DNA from: Candidatus Uhrbacteria bacterium
Lineage (GTDB): Bacteria > Patescibacteriota > Patescibacteriia > UBA9934 > GWF2-40-263
Reading direction: 5' to 3'
DNA: 64,000 bases
NCBI GenBank assembly: GCA_016844925.1
Contig: JAERTI010000035.1
Span: 4,949 to 68,948 of the forward strand
Shown: positions 36,381 through 46,900 of the stretch, one piece after another
How positions within the stretch are numbered: the stretch's first letter is position 1
Layout: every line of letters begins with the position of its first letter
Position numbers and translations under genes: made by a program
Notes under the pieces: model-generated
The model's input: the letters and a program-made list of their open reading frames with translations, nothing else
Databases searched by the model: none
What the model was told of the DNA's origin: nothing

Positions 36381-37046
36381 CTATTGAGTAATGCGACGCA
36401 GTACGAGTTTCACAAGTGTCTTAATGCCAACAAGGAAGCTCTGTCCTTTTGAAAGTGAGTAATCGGTGTAAATCGCCCTGATTGGCACCTCTACGAGATT
36501 CAGCTTATTTCGGCGGGACTCAGCAATGAGCTCAGAGGAGACTTCCATGCGGTTTGTCTTAATCTCAATCTGCCTCAGGGCGTAATCGGTAAACGCACGG
36601 AATCCTGATTGGCTGTCTGTTACCCAAGCGCCAAACAACACAAACGTTACGAGGTTTCCAAGAGCGTTGGCCACCTGCCTGTACCACGGCATGCCTGAAC
36701 GAGTGAGCATCCTGGAACCAATCACTACGTCTGCCCCCTGCTCAACAGCCTCGACAAACTTCGGAATCTCTTCCGCATCATGCTGTCCGTCAGCATCGAG
36801 GGTAATAACCATGTCGGCACCTAACTTCTGTGCGGCAGCAAAACCTGTTCCAATCGCCGCACCTAAACCACGATTAATAACATGTGTCACCACCGTAGCC
36901 CCATGAGCGTTTGCAATCTCAGCGGTTCGATCCGAAGAGCCGTCATTGACAACCAGAACATGATCAACAAAAGGTGCTGTCTTTTTCAATACAGCCGCGA
37001 GTGTTGTTTCTTCATTGTAGGCGGGTATGAGCGCAATCACCTTCAT
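36381..37046 (-). CDS. GT2 polyprenyl-phosphate glycosyltransferase (DPM1/Ppm1/GtrB-like, soluble form)
   Basis: The start is MKVIALIPAYNEE. DxD is present in VVNDGSSDRT and ITLDADGQHD. It is short (221 aa) with no TM tail. Confidence 0.75.
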   Translation of the reverse strand: MKVIALIPAYNEETTLAAVLKKTAPFVDHVLVVNDGSSDRTAEIANAHGATVVTHVINRGLGAAIGTGFAAAQKLGADMVITLDADGQHDAEEIPKFVEAVEQGADVVIGSRMLTRSGMPWYRQVANALGNLVTFVLFGAWVTDSQSGFRAFTDYALRQIEIKTNRMEVSSELIAESRRNKLNLVEVPIRAIYTDYSLSKGQSFLVGIKTLVKLVLRRITQ

Positions 37047-38059
37047 ACATTCGTGAGGAGCAATCTATTGGCTTTCATATATTCAACCGTTCGACGTAAT
37101 CCATCTTCCAGTCGCACGAGCGGGAACCAGCCGAGTTCTTTGGCTCGATCGATGCGTGGCAGAGCGAGTTCTGAAAGAAAGGCGAAGCTTTCTCCTTCAA
37201 CAATCTTCGAGGAGGACTCAGTCATATCGATAATCATCTGCGCAACGTCGACAAGTTTCAGATTCACGTCACTTCCAAGGTTTACCGGCCCTGGATACTC
37301 CGGCGCTCCCATAATACGCGTAATTCCATCGATAACGTCTGTCACAAACGCCAGAGAAGTACTGAAGTCTAGACCACCATTCATCACCAGATCGCTTCCG
37401 TCAAGCGCATTAAGAACAAAATCTGGAATCAGCTGACCATCAAAGAGAGGCATGCGTGGTCCGTACGTTCGAAAGATTCTTGCGATACGAATGTCCAACC
37501 CGTGCACCTGACGATACGTCTCAAACATCGTTTCAGAAAAACGCTTTCCCTCATCGTAACAAGCGCGCGGCGTGAGGTGGTTCACCACCCCCATATCCGT
37601 CTCCTGAACAAGCGCGGTCTTGTCAGCCCGCTCCCCATACACCACAGAACTAGAAGCTAATAAAACTCGCGCACGATACTTCTTGGCAAGCTCCAAAACG
37701 TGATGGTTCCCAAGCGAGTTGGAAAGAAGTGTCTGGATCTTGAACTGATCAAAGTTTTTAATCGATGTAGGGCAGGCCAAATGATAAATCTGCTGAATGC
37801 CCTGGAATGGAAGTTTGAATGCTGCCAGTTCCCCATGACTCTCTAAATCAAAAGGCTGGTTGATGTCCAGCCGAATAAAACGAAAATTTGTGTTTTGCAA
37901 AAGAGCGTTAATGTTACTAGCATCGCCCGTCGAAAGATTATCTACACAGATCACCCTGTGCCCATCTCGAAGCAGCTGCTCACATAAATGTGAGCCGATA
38001 AACCCAGCCCCTCCAGTAACAAGAATGTTTTTGTTTTGGAATTTCAGTTCTTGCGCCAT
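37043..38059 (-). CDS. NAD-dependent epimerase/dehydratase, UDP-glucuronate decarboxylase (UXS)-like
   Basis: ILVTGGAGFIGSHL (GxxGxxG) is followed by YDEGKR (YxxxK) and typical UXS length (~338 aa). Confidence 0.65.
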   Translation of the reverse strand: MAQELKFQNKNILVTGGAGFIGSHLCEQLLRDGHRVICVDNLSTGDASNINALLQNTNFRFIRLDINQPFDLESHGELAAFKLPFQGIQQIYHLACPTSIKNFDQFKIQTLLSNSLGNHHVLELAKKYRARVLLASSSVVYGERADKTALVQETDMGVVNHLTPRACYDEGKRFSETMFETYRQVHGLDIRIARIFRTYGPRMPLFDGQLIPDFVLNALDGSDLVMNGGLDFSTSLAFVTDVIDGITRIMGAPEYPGPVNLGSDVNLKLVDVAQMIIDMTESSSKIVEGESFAFLSELALPRIDRAKELGWFPLVRLEDGLRRTVEYMKANRLLLTNV

Positions 38060-38102
38060 ATAGGTCTATTTTAACACGAAGCCATCAAGGAACCAGAGCA
38101 TC

Positions 38103-40220
38103 TTAGAGCCCCCAAGCGGCAGAGTTAATTCCACCTCGATCATTCTCATCATCTGAGAAAAATGTCCCGATAAGCTCTGAATAGCCGTTATACACACGAA
38201 TGTGTGGACCGCCGCCTGGACCTGCTGCAGTGATAATCGATGCCCCTGGCCACTCAGAGAGATTCCCTACAGAAAGCCGCACGCCTCCACGGAAGGTTGT
38301 GTCGTAGGCGAAAAAGGTCCCAAGCCAGCTCCCCTCCCCGTCAAAAATCTGCACCTGCGGGCCACCACCATTATCTGTACCCGTCACAATCTCATCATCT
38401 CCATCTCCATCTAAATCTCCCGATGCAACAAAGACTCCTTTGTCGTAGGTTTCGGCATAGGCCAAAAACTCGCTGTGGAACTCCCCATCGGCCTCATGGA
38501 CACGAATGATAGGCTCGTGCCCTTCTCCGAGTGTGGTGATGATTTCATTCAATCCGTCGCCATCGACATCCCCCATGGCAATGCGCACGCTGCGGGCGCC
38601 TGAAATATCGTCATAGGGTTCGATGGTGTCCCCCACTTGTTCTCCATCTTTATCAAAAATCTTCACACGCGCACCACCACCTTCATCAGTGCTTACGGCA
38701 ATCTCTTCAATGCCATCACCGTCAACGTCCCCAGTGGCGACAAACAATCCAGAATTCACAAAGGTGTTAAACGCGTAAAACTCACTCTCGACGTTCCCAT
38801 CGAGATCGAAGATGCGCACGTGCGGACCACCAGATCCTGGCACTACCACAATTTCCTCTACGCCATCGCCATCAACGTCCCCCATGGTTAATCGAACACC
38901 ACCCGTGAACGATTCATCATAGGCGTTAAAACTTGTCACAACCTCACTTCCAGAATTGGTAAACACTCGCACGGTTGGTGGCCCACCACTTTCTGGAGCT
39001 ACTGCAATACGGTAGCTTGACCCCACTTCACTGGCAGAGCAAACGCTGCAGCTACTCACCGCATCTGCCTCCTCATCTGCATAGGAAGAAGCGAGTGTGA
39101 GGGCCTTTGAAACATTCAGACGACCTGCTCCCATCTTTCCAGTTGCATCACCAGTTGCCGTCACCGGATCAACAGAGAGTCGCAGCGCGCTCTTAATGTC
39201 ACTTGGGTTTAACGACGAATACTTTGCCTTTAGAAGCGCTGCCGCTCCTGCGACCATCGGTGCGGCCATAGAGGTGCCAGACCATCCCTCTTGGTAGTAC
39301 CCCTCGGAAACTTCCTCCCAATCATCATCTTGATACACCGTACTTAAAATATCTTCTCCTGGTGCCGAAATGTCTGTACACCTAGCACCGTAGTTTGAAA
39401 AATCTGACTTCACATCATTTATGTCCGTAGAGGCCACACCCAGGATCCAATCCTCGTCTGCACGCTCACCATAGCAGGCTGGAAAGATGGGCTTATCGTC
39501 GATATCAATCCCTCCGTTATTCGCGTTCCCCACCGCAGCAACAACAACGACCCCTGCTTCAAAGGCGCGACGAAGTGCCTGGCGGAGAGCCTCGTCGTGA
39601 TCCCACCCTGTAAAACTCAGGTTGATTACGTCCGCTCCATTTTCCACCGCATAATCCACTCCTTGTGTCGCTAGATTTGAATCACCAACACCATTGTTAT
39701 CCAGAATCCTCACGGACATCAGTTCAATATCCCAGTTCACCCCAGCCATCCCCTCTTCATTGTCACCAACAGCACCGATGATGCCGGCAATAATGGTCCC
39801 ATGAGAAACCGCGTCAACATCAAAGCCCCCCTCAGTATCTGGAATGGGTGTGCCATCGTCTCCCACAAAATCATACCCGTTCACATCATCCACAAACCCA
39901 TTCCCGTCATTATCAACGCCATCGTCTGCCACCTCTGCGCTATTCACCCAAATATTCTCCTCAAGGTCTGGATGATCTAAATCAACGCCTGTATCAAGCA
40001 CAGCTACGACCACAGACCCATCCCCCGTCTCTTCATCCCAAGCATCTGGTGCCTGCATAGTCTCCAAGTACCACTGAAGATCATAATGTTCATCATCTGG
40101 TGTGAACGCATGAACGGGCAGGGCCAACAGAATAAGCAAACAAAAAATACCCCCCTGTTTGACTCGTTGGACAAATGTATTACATCGCGATGAATGTTCC
40201 ATAACGATCCTCTTGGTCAA
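38103..40220 (-). CDS. Secreted subtilisin-family (S8) peptidase with C-terminal FG-GAP/VCBS-like repeats
   Basis: The catalytic Asp (VAVLDTGVD), His (SHGTIIAGIIGA) and Ser (GTSMAAPMVAGAAALL) are present. About 7 C-terminal repeats follow (GGPxVRVF..DG.....F.AY...F.GGVR...GDVDGDGxEEI). Confidence 0.85.
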   Translation of the reverse strand: MTKRIVMEHSSRCNTFVQRVKQGGIFCLLILLALPVHAFTPDDEHYDLQWYLETMQAPDAWDEETGDGSVVVAVLDTGVDLDHPDLEENIWVNSAEVADDGVDNDGNGFVDDVNGYDFVGDDGTPIPDTEGGFDVDAVSHGTIIAGIIGAVGDNEEGMAGVNWDIELMSVRILDNNGVGDSNLATQGVDYAVENGADVINLSFTGWDHDEALRQALRRAFEAGVVVVAAVGNANNGGIDIDDKPIFPACYGERADEDWILGVASTDINDVKSDFSNYGARCTDISAPGEDILSTVYQDDDWEEVSEGYYQEGWSGTSMAAPMVAGAAALLKAKYSSLNPSDIKSALRLSVDPVTATGDATGKMGAGRLNVSKALTLASSYADEEADAVSSCSVCSASEVGSSYRIAVAPESGGPPTVRVFTNSGSEVVTSFNAYDESFTGGVRLTMGDVDGDGVEEIVVVPGSGGPHVRIFDLDGNVESEFYAFNTFVNSGLFVATGDVDGDGIEEIAVSTDEGGGARVKIFDKDGEQVGDTIEPYDDISGARSVRIAMGDVDGDGLNEIITTLGEGHEPIIRVHEADGEFHSEFLAYAETYDKGVFVASGDLDGDGDDEIVTGTDNGGGPQVQIFDGEGSWLGTFFAYDTTFRGGVRLSVGNLSEWPGASIITAAGPGGGPHIRVYNGYSELIGTFFSDDENDRGGINSAAWGL

Positions 40221-42240
40221 AGGTGAAAAAGCCTCCTATTAAATCGAATGACTGATCAAAAATACGAACATGGGGGCCACCAGAAGCGAGTGGAGATGTG
40301 TAGATCTCGCTAAGACCATTATTGTCGATATCCCCCACAGCTACGGAGACCCCCCCTGTAAATCGCGTGTGGTAAGCAAAAAATGACTGAGTCAGTGTAC
40401 CTAATTGATTATACACGGAAACCTTCGGACTGTGACCTGACCCTGAAGCGACCACGATCTCAGCCACCCCATCGCCATCAAGGTCCCCAACGGTAGTCGT
40501 TATCGCATCAACGTCACCATCAAACGCCACAAAAGAACGGACATAGGTTCCCGTTCCGTCAAAGATTCGAACAGCACCGTCGGAGCCGTACCGTTTTGTC
40601 ACAATGAGCTCATCCTCCGCATCGGCATCCAAATTACCCGCGCTTATTGCCAGGGGTGTTTCTGTACGACCGAGCGGAAAGAACGATCCTTTCAGGTGTC
40701 CTAGCTTATTAAAAATACGAACCTGCCCTGTGCTATTTTGATCTGCCGTCACGATAATCTCATCGATCCCATCAGCATTTATATCTCCAGTAGCAACATA
40801 GATACCCCCTCGCCCCCCTTCGTCAAAGGCAAAGAACTGATTTTCTGGACGACCATCAAGATCGAAAACGCGTACCTGCGGCCCACCTCCTGGCCCAGCC
40901 CCCGTGACAATCTCTAGTTCACCATCACCATCGACATCCCCTGTAGCCACACGCACACCACCAGTAAAGGCCTCGCTGTAGGCGTGAAAATCTCCCAGAA
41001 CGTTTCCGCGTCCATCATAGCGACGCACGAGCGGTACGGAGCCGTGACCCTGAGCGATCACAAAGCTCTCTGTTTCAATCACGGAACCAGATGAAACCGA
41101 CGTTGCCCCCGTCCCCTGAACCGTCACCTGCGCCACCTCAAGGGCCTTTGCCAAGTTCAAACGACCAGCACCTAAACGCGTACGCGCCTCAAGCGAACTC
41201 TCCCCCACGGGGTCAACCGAAAGCTTGAGCGCGTTTCGCACCTGGTCAGGTGTCATAGACGGATAGGTACTGCGAAGTCGTGCTGCTGCCGCAGCAACAA
41301 TCGGCGCAGCCAGCGAAGTCCCTTCCCACGGAGATGCATAGGCCGTACTAAGAAGCAGCTCACTCGCGTCATGAAAAACGGTGGCAAAAATATCAACACC
41401 AGGAGCAACGAGGTCCACACAGCGCGTGCCGAAGTTTGAAAAGCTTGCTTTGTTATCTGATCGATCACTGGCCGCAACACCAATCACCACATTGTGCCCG
41501 ATCTCCTGGTCATAACAAGCTGGATAGATGGGAGTGCTGTCGGTATCAACATTTCCGTTACCGACGGCCCCAACGATCACGACACCCTGCTCATAGGCCC
41601 ATACGAGGGTTTCCCTTAGACGCTCATCTGAAGTAGAAAACGTGATGCTCAGATTAATAATGTCTGCCCCGTTCTCAACGGCATAACGAACCGCGCGCCG
41701 AACATCGACGGTTGATCCAGCGCCATCACGATTCAACACACGCAGGGGCATAATTTTGGCCTCGGGCGCGATCCCCCTGATACCCAATCCATTATCTTGC
41801 TTAGCCGCGATGATGCCGGCAATCACGGTTCCGTGTGAGACCACAATATCCCTAAGGGGGGCCGTTGTGTCAGGTGAAGGGTCGGGATCGTTATCAACAA
41901 AGTCCCATCCCATGACGTCGTCCTCATAACCATTGGCGTCATTATCTACCTGATCTGCAACTGTCTCATCCACATTCACCCAGTACTGTCCTTCTAAATC
42001 TTCGTGATCCAAATCAAAACCCGCATCGAGCACGGCCACGATGGTCTCAGATCCTGAGCTCACGAACTCCGTCTCAGTGGCCGAGATTTGACTGAGATAC
42101 CAAAGCTCGTCAGCAAAACGATCTGTAGACTGTGCAACGGCCATCGTGCCATTAAAAATAAGCGAGACAATAACGAGACTCGCTATAAGGGCTTGTTTTT
42201 TTAATAACCGGACTTCCGGAAACAACGAAAAATGCCGCAT
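40180..42240 (-). CDS. Secreted subtilisin-family (S8) peptidase with FG-GAP/VCBS-like repeats, tandem paralog of 38103-40220
   Basis: The catalytic residues are Asp (VAVLDAGFD), His (SHGTVIAGIIAA) and Ser (GTSLAAPIVAAAAARL). The same C-terminal repeat family is present. The likely start is the ATG at 42240 (MRHFSLF, signal peptide). Confidence 0.85.
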   Translation of the reverse strand: MRHFSLFPEVRLLKKQALIASLVIVSLIFNGTMAVAQSTDRFADELWYLSQISATETEFVSSGSETIVAVLDAGFDLDHEDLEGQYWVNVDETVADQVDNDANGYEDDVMGWDFVDNDPDPSPDTTAPLRDIVVSHGTVIAGIIAAKQDNGLGIRGIAPEAKIMPLRVLNRDGAGSTVDVRRAVRYAVENGADIINLSITFSTSDERLRETLVWAYEQGVVIVGAVGNGNVDTDSTPIYPACYDQEIGHNVVIGVAASDRSDNKASFSNFGTRCVDLVAPGVDIFATVFHDASELLLSTAYASPWEGTSLAAPIVAAAAARLRSTYPSMTPDQVRNALKLSVDPVGESSLEARTRLGAGRLNLAKALEVAQVTVQGTGATSVSSGSVIETESFVIAQGHGSVPLVRRYDGRGNVLGDFHAYSEAFTGGVRVATGDVDGDGELEIVTGAGPGGGPQVRVFDLDGRPENQFFAFDEGGRGGIYVATGDINADGIDEIIVTADQNSTGQVRIFNKLGHLKGSFFPLGRTETPLAISAGNLDADAEDELIVTKRYGSDGAVRIFDGTGTYVRSFVAFDGDVDAITTTVGDLDGDGVAEIVVASGSGHSPKVSVYNQLGTLTQSFFAYHTRFTGGVSVAVGDIDNNGLSEIYTSPLASGGPHVRIFDQSFDLIGGFFTFDQEDRYGTFIAM

Positions 42241-42268
42241 ATACAGTAGCGGCATTGTATCGATCTTC

Positions 42269-43771
42269 TTAGAAATTGTCATCCAAAGTTGTCACAGCCT
42301 CGGCAGCAAGGTCTGGCACGTAATCTTCTGCTGATTCGATTGGCTCGCCAAAGGTGTAGTTTCCGTAGAATGCATCCGATATATCGTCGATCTGCTGATT
42401 CCAGTCATCGCCATAGAGCTCAGTAGCAATCTCTTCACTCGCGATTGAACGCAGCTCTCCCCCCTTGACCACAGCATACACCGTTGGCACAGAAAGGAAC
42501 TTCACCATACGCGTACCAGGATGATAGGTCACATTGGACCCAAGAGCGATATCAGAAAGAAAATCTGAGCTCACATCCACCACAGAATCGAAGTCATCAA
42601 ACCAGGTGAAAAATACTTTTTCGTTTGGAAACGCATGACGCTTACCGTCGGTAGCATAGTAGTAGACAGAACGGCATGGATCGTTGAGATCCGTTTCACC
42701 AAGACACACGGACTTGATAAGCGTCCCGGGCTCCGCCTCAACAGGCGTAAGCACTTCCTCTTCCTCAACCTCTTCTTCTGTTGCCTCTTCCTCAGTAATC
42801 TCTTCTTCCTCCTCAGCCTCTTCCTCGATCACCTCCTCCTCATAACGCACCATCACCGAGGCAATATCATCTTTTGTTCCAACGGCCCAGATGCCCCCAT
42901 CGGACACATACGCATTTCGGAATGTGTAATTTTCATCTGTGTAATCAGTAACCGTCCATGTAGCGCCACCGTCCTCAGATCTTATGAGAATCTTGTCTCC
43001 TACCACGACCAACTCATCCCCCGACCCACGAATATCATACAGATGTTGATTCGTTACTCCGCTCACAGAGACATCTGCCCACGACACACCAGCATCTGTC
43101 GTCTTTCTAAAAATGCCACTTCGTCCAACAACGTACCCCTCTGTCGCCGACGTAAACCACACGCCGTAGAGATCGTTACTCGCAACCATGCCGAGGTTTG
43201 TCCAATTTTGACCCCCATCAGTCGTAGACAACAACACTCCTTCTGTACCCACGATCCATGCCGTGCCATCACCTATATCCTGCACTCGATACAAAGCGCT
43301 GGTAACCGGCGAGGTGACACTCAACCAAAGTTTCGCGGCCGTTTGATACGCCATGATCCTTCCGCCGGACCCGACAAGATAGGCATAGTCGTCTGATGCA
43401 TCGAGGTCATAAAGATTTTCTGTCACACTAAGAGTGACATTTCCCCACGTTGCTCCACCATCATCGGACTGGCGCATCGTTGCCCCCTCACCTATCGCCC
43501 AAACCGTATCGCCAAACGCTCCCATATCCTGCCAGTAGGCGGTGGCGTTTTGATCAAAGACTTCCCAAGTTTCCCCGTCATCTTGCGATTGAATAATGTT
43601 TCCGCTATTTCCACCTGCAAAAACCGTGTCTCCGACCTGAACCATTCCCTGTAGGCCCTGGATGGTTCCATATTCTTTTTCTTCCCAAGACCCCTCAGCT
43701 AAAACAGGGCTCACCAGAACAGAAAAAATAAGCGCGCTAACAAAAGAGATGCGATGAAATTTCATATGCAC
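42269..43771 (-). CDS. Secreted BNR/Ycf48-like beta-propeller protein with acidic linker and C-terminal domain shared with the N-terminus of 43924-47622
   Basis: A signal peptide is present. DGGxTW-type Asp-box repeats recur (DDGETW, DDGGATW, DGGQNW, DAGVSW, DGGATW). An EE-rich linker follows. The C-terminal ~120 aa (SVYYYATDGKRHAFPNEKVFFTWFDDFDSVVDV...) aligns to TVYYYGSDGQRYSFPNEKTYFSWNADFDGVVEI... of the next gene. Confidence 0.65.
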   Translation of the reverse strand: MHMKFHRISFVSALIFSVLVSPVLAEGSWEEKEYGTIQGLQGMVQVGDTVFAGGNSGNIIQSQDDGETWEVFDQNATAYWQDMGAFGDTVWAIGEGATMRQSDDGGATWGNVTLSVTENLYDLDASDDYAYLVGSGGRIMAYQTAAKLWLSVTSPVTSALYRVQDIGDGTAWIVGTEGVLLSTTDGGQNWTNLGMVASNDLYGVWFTSATEGYVVGRSGIFRKTTDAGVSWADVSVSGVTNQHLYDIRGSGDELVVVGDKILIRSEDGGATWTVTDYTDENYTFRNAYVSDGGIWAVGTKDDIASVMVRYEEEVIEEEAEEEEEITEEEATEEEVEEEEVLTPVEAEPGTLIKSVCLGETDLNDPCRSVYYYATDGKRHAFPNEKVFFTWFDDFDSVVDVSSDFLSDIALGSNVTYHPGTRMVKFLSVPTVYAVVKGGELRSIASEEIATELYGDDWNQQIDDISDAFYGNYTFGEPIESAEDYVPDLAAEAVTTLDDNF

Positions 43772-43923
43772 TCAGTATAACAGAAGACCGTGCCCGAAGG
43801 CACGGTCTTGTCTGTTCCCCAGGATCCCGATCTCGGTGAGCCAAGACGTCTAGCCGAAGCTGTCGGTCGGATGCTCGTGAGATGTATGGATAGATGGAGA
43901 GTTGCTCTTGTTAGAGCGTTTGC

Positions 43924-46900
43924 TTACTTGGTCCACGTCTCAGATCCGAGGTCAAGGTTCTTGACCAAGTATCCGTTGTGCCAGTCACCTGTTGAAGATG
44001 TACCAGCAGTTGAGCTGTGGGAAGCAGCACTGTTATCTGACCAGAGGAGCTCGTGGTTAGTAGCTGAAGAGTTACCAGCAGCTGCTGAGGTAAAGAGCTC
44101 GATAACGGTGGTGGTTGTATCACCAACGTTCAAGAAGAGATCAGTACCGTTTGAAGAGCTGTCCTGAGCCAGGTAGAAGCTTACAGAGTCACCAACAGTG
44201 TCAGAACCAGTCAAGCGGAAGCCTTGTACGGTACCGCGGATGGTGTAAGTCACTGTTTCTCCAGCAGAGATGCTGTCCTCTGTTGACCAGGTTACAACCA
44301 AGTCAGAGTCAGACTCGAGCATTCCGCTTGTGCTCTCGACGGAGTTTCCGTCCTGGTCCTGAATCACAACAGATGAAGTGATGTCAGATCCGTTCTTGTA
44401 GAGCTTAACGGACTCAACCTCGAGAGTGTCAGCTGTACCACCATCGCTCCAAGCTGTTGTCAGCTTGAACTGCTTCATGGCGATTGAACCATTAGCATCA
44501 GCGGTAACAGTGAACTTGTAGAGATCAGTTGCCTGACCGTTCACGAGTGTTGAGTTGGAGAGATCGGTGTGAGTAATGGTTGGAATGGATGCGAACACGA
44601 AGAGGTTGTTACCAATGATCGAGTCGGAAGTCCACTCTGTTCCGTTAGTCTCAGTTGTCTCTGTTCCGTTTGTGTCGCGAATCTTCACAGACTCGAGTGT
44701 GTTCTGCACATCGGTCTGAGAGGTTCCAGCACCTACACCGACAGAAGTCAGCTGGTACTTCACAGTCAAGGTCTTGGAAGCGTTTGCAGCAACCTCGACA
44801 CTCATTCCTGTAAGTGTACCGGAAGTGTTGGTGTCCTCATCAAAGATTGTTGAACCAACGAGGTCTGTTCCGTCGTAGACGTTTACTGCGCTGACCAATC
44901 CAGCAGCAGTTGCGCTAGCAACAGAAGTCTTGAGCTCGGTGATGGTGTAAGTCTCGTTAGCAGCGCTAAAGCGGTACTTAGCAGCCGTAATCTCCTGGTC
45001 AGCAGCTACGATAGCGTCGACTGGGTGATCATCGTTGAACTCAGAGAATGAACCAGCAGCAATCGTGATGGTCTGTCCAGCAACCTCAGTGGTTGAAGGA
45101 GAAGTACCTGAGAGCATGCTTGTTCCGTTAACGTCAGTAACAGCGATTACAGTCTCACCAGTGCTGATGGCTGAGTCGATGTCAGTGTAAACGTTTACGT
45201 AGATTGTCTCACCAGCCTCAAGAGCGTAGTTAATGGACCATGAGTTGGCGGTCTCAGAAACCGTACCCTTAGTGCTTGCAGTAGTCATGTCACCCTCTGG
45301 ACCATACTCGAGGTAGAGGTTGAACAAGTCTGTAGAAGCGGTAGCAGTGTCAGTGTCAAGATCAACGTTGATGTCGGTCAAGTTAACACCTTCGCTTGTT
45401 CCAGCTGTTACGGAGAAAGAACCGATCTTGTAAGCGGTCTTTGGATCTGTAACGGACTGGTTAGCGTATGCACCGTTCTTTGCAACAGTGAGAGATGCAG
45501 CAGTCACAGTCAATGTGTTGGCTGTAACAGTAGATCCGTCTGGAGCATCAACGTAGCTACCAGAAGTCATGCGCTGTACGTTGCTTACACCGTTCATGTC
45601 TGAGATCTCAGCAATGATAGTGTCAGCAGCCTCAATGTTGTCTGTTCCGTCTGAGTCATAAATGTCAGCTCGGAGCTCAACAGTTGCTGGGGAACCAGGA
45701 ACAACGATGAAAGAAGAACCGAAGGTGTAAGACGTGTAGTCTGTACCAGCTCCAGCGTTGGCCTCAAGACCAGCAGTAGAACCAACCTGTGTACCGTCAA
45801 GGTAAACAGCACCGTTTCGGAGAGTTACATCGTCTCCGTCACTTTCTGTGAAAGCGAAGCGGAGGCTTTCAACCTTCATGCTCTCGCCGAAGGCCTTAGC
45901 TGTCCATGAACCGAGAACAACGCCAGAAGCGGTCTCAGTTACGTCTCCAGAGTTGGAGTCAGTTGCTTTGGTGAAGGTGAGAGAACCGCTGTTAACAGTC
46001 TGTGCACCTGCATCCATTGCAGCAAATGTGGAAGAACCAACGGTAGCACGTACTGGCTGTCCGTAGTCCTGATCCATAGCGACGAAGTCGGCGCTATTGC
46101 GGAGTCCAACAGTAACTGTGCGGCCTGAGCCACCAATTACGTCAGCAAGAACCTTCACCTGGTGGTTACCAGTTGAGAGTTCGAGTGGCTCGTCAGAAAG
46201 GTCGAATGTGATGTATCCATCAGCATCCTCGCTAGCAACAGTCTCACCACGCATTACTCCACCAACGTACAGGCTCCAGTTCTCAACATCATCAGCATCG
46301 ATAGATCCGATGTTGCGGAAGCGTGCAGCGTAAAGGTCGAGCTCGTTTGTGTTCACTGCCAAGGTGCGCTCGAAGACGCGGTAGCCCTCCTGTGGGTCGA
46401 TAGAAGAAGCGCTTGGAGTTGTGCTTCCTGTGAAGTCAGCAGCACCGAAGGTGGCTGGGGAAGAAGCAATTGTGTGAACGTCACCTTCCATTGGGAAGGA
46501 TCCTGAAGCGTCACCACCGTTGGTGAAACTCAAGTCATCTGCTGAGTCGATGGAAAGACCAACGGTCTGACCATTGGTGCTAGCAGCGATGTCTGAACGA
46601 ACAGACAATGTTGCCTCTTCACCGGCGCCAAGAGTCCAAATACCAGAAGCGTCGTTGAAAGTTACAGCACCATCAGAGATGGTTGCAGCGTCAGTCAAAC
46701 GTACGTACCCGTCAAAGAGGTAGAGGTTTGCCAAGGTTGTGTCAGAAGACACACCGCTGCGGTTAAGAGTGATCTGAGTCAGATCCACTGAAGAATCTGA
46801 GTTGTTTTCCAAGGTAACGTGCAAGAGGTCTGCAATTCCCTGTCCTGCAATCAGTGTTGAAGCTGATGGAGAACCAGAGATGCTTACAGAAACGTCTGCA

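Noticed and set aside
42635-43396. 253-aa plus-strand ORF antisense to the BNR-propeller gene
   Set aside because: It is a shadow of the minus-strand gene, which has a signal peptide and Asp-box repeats.
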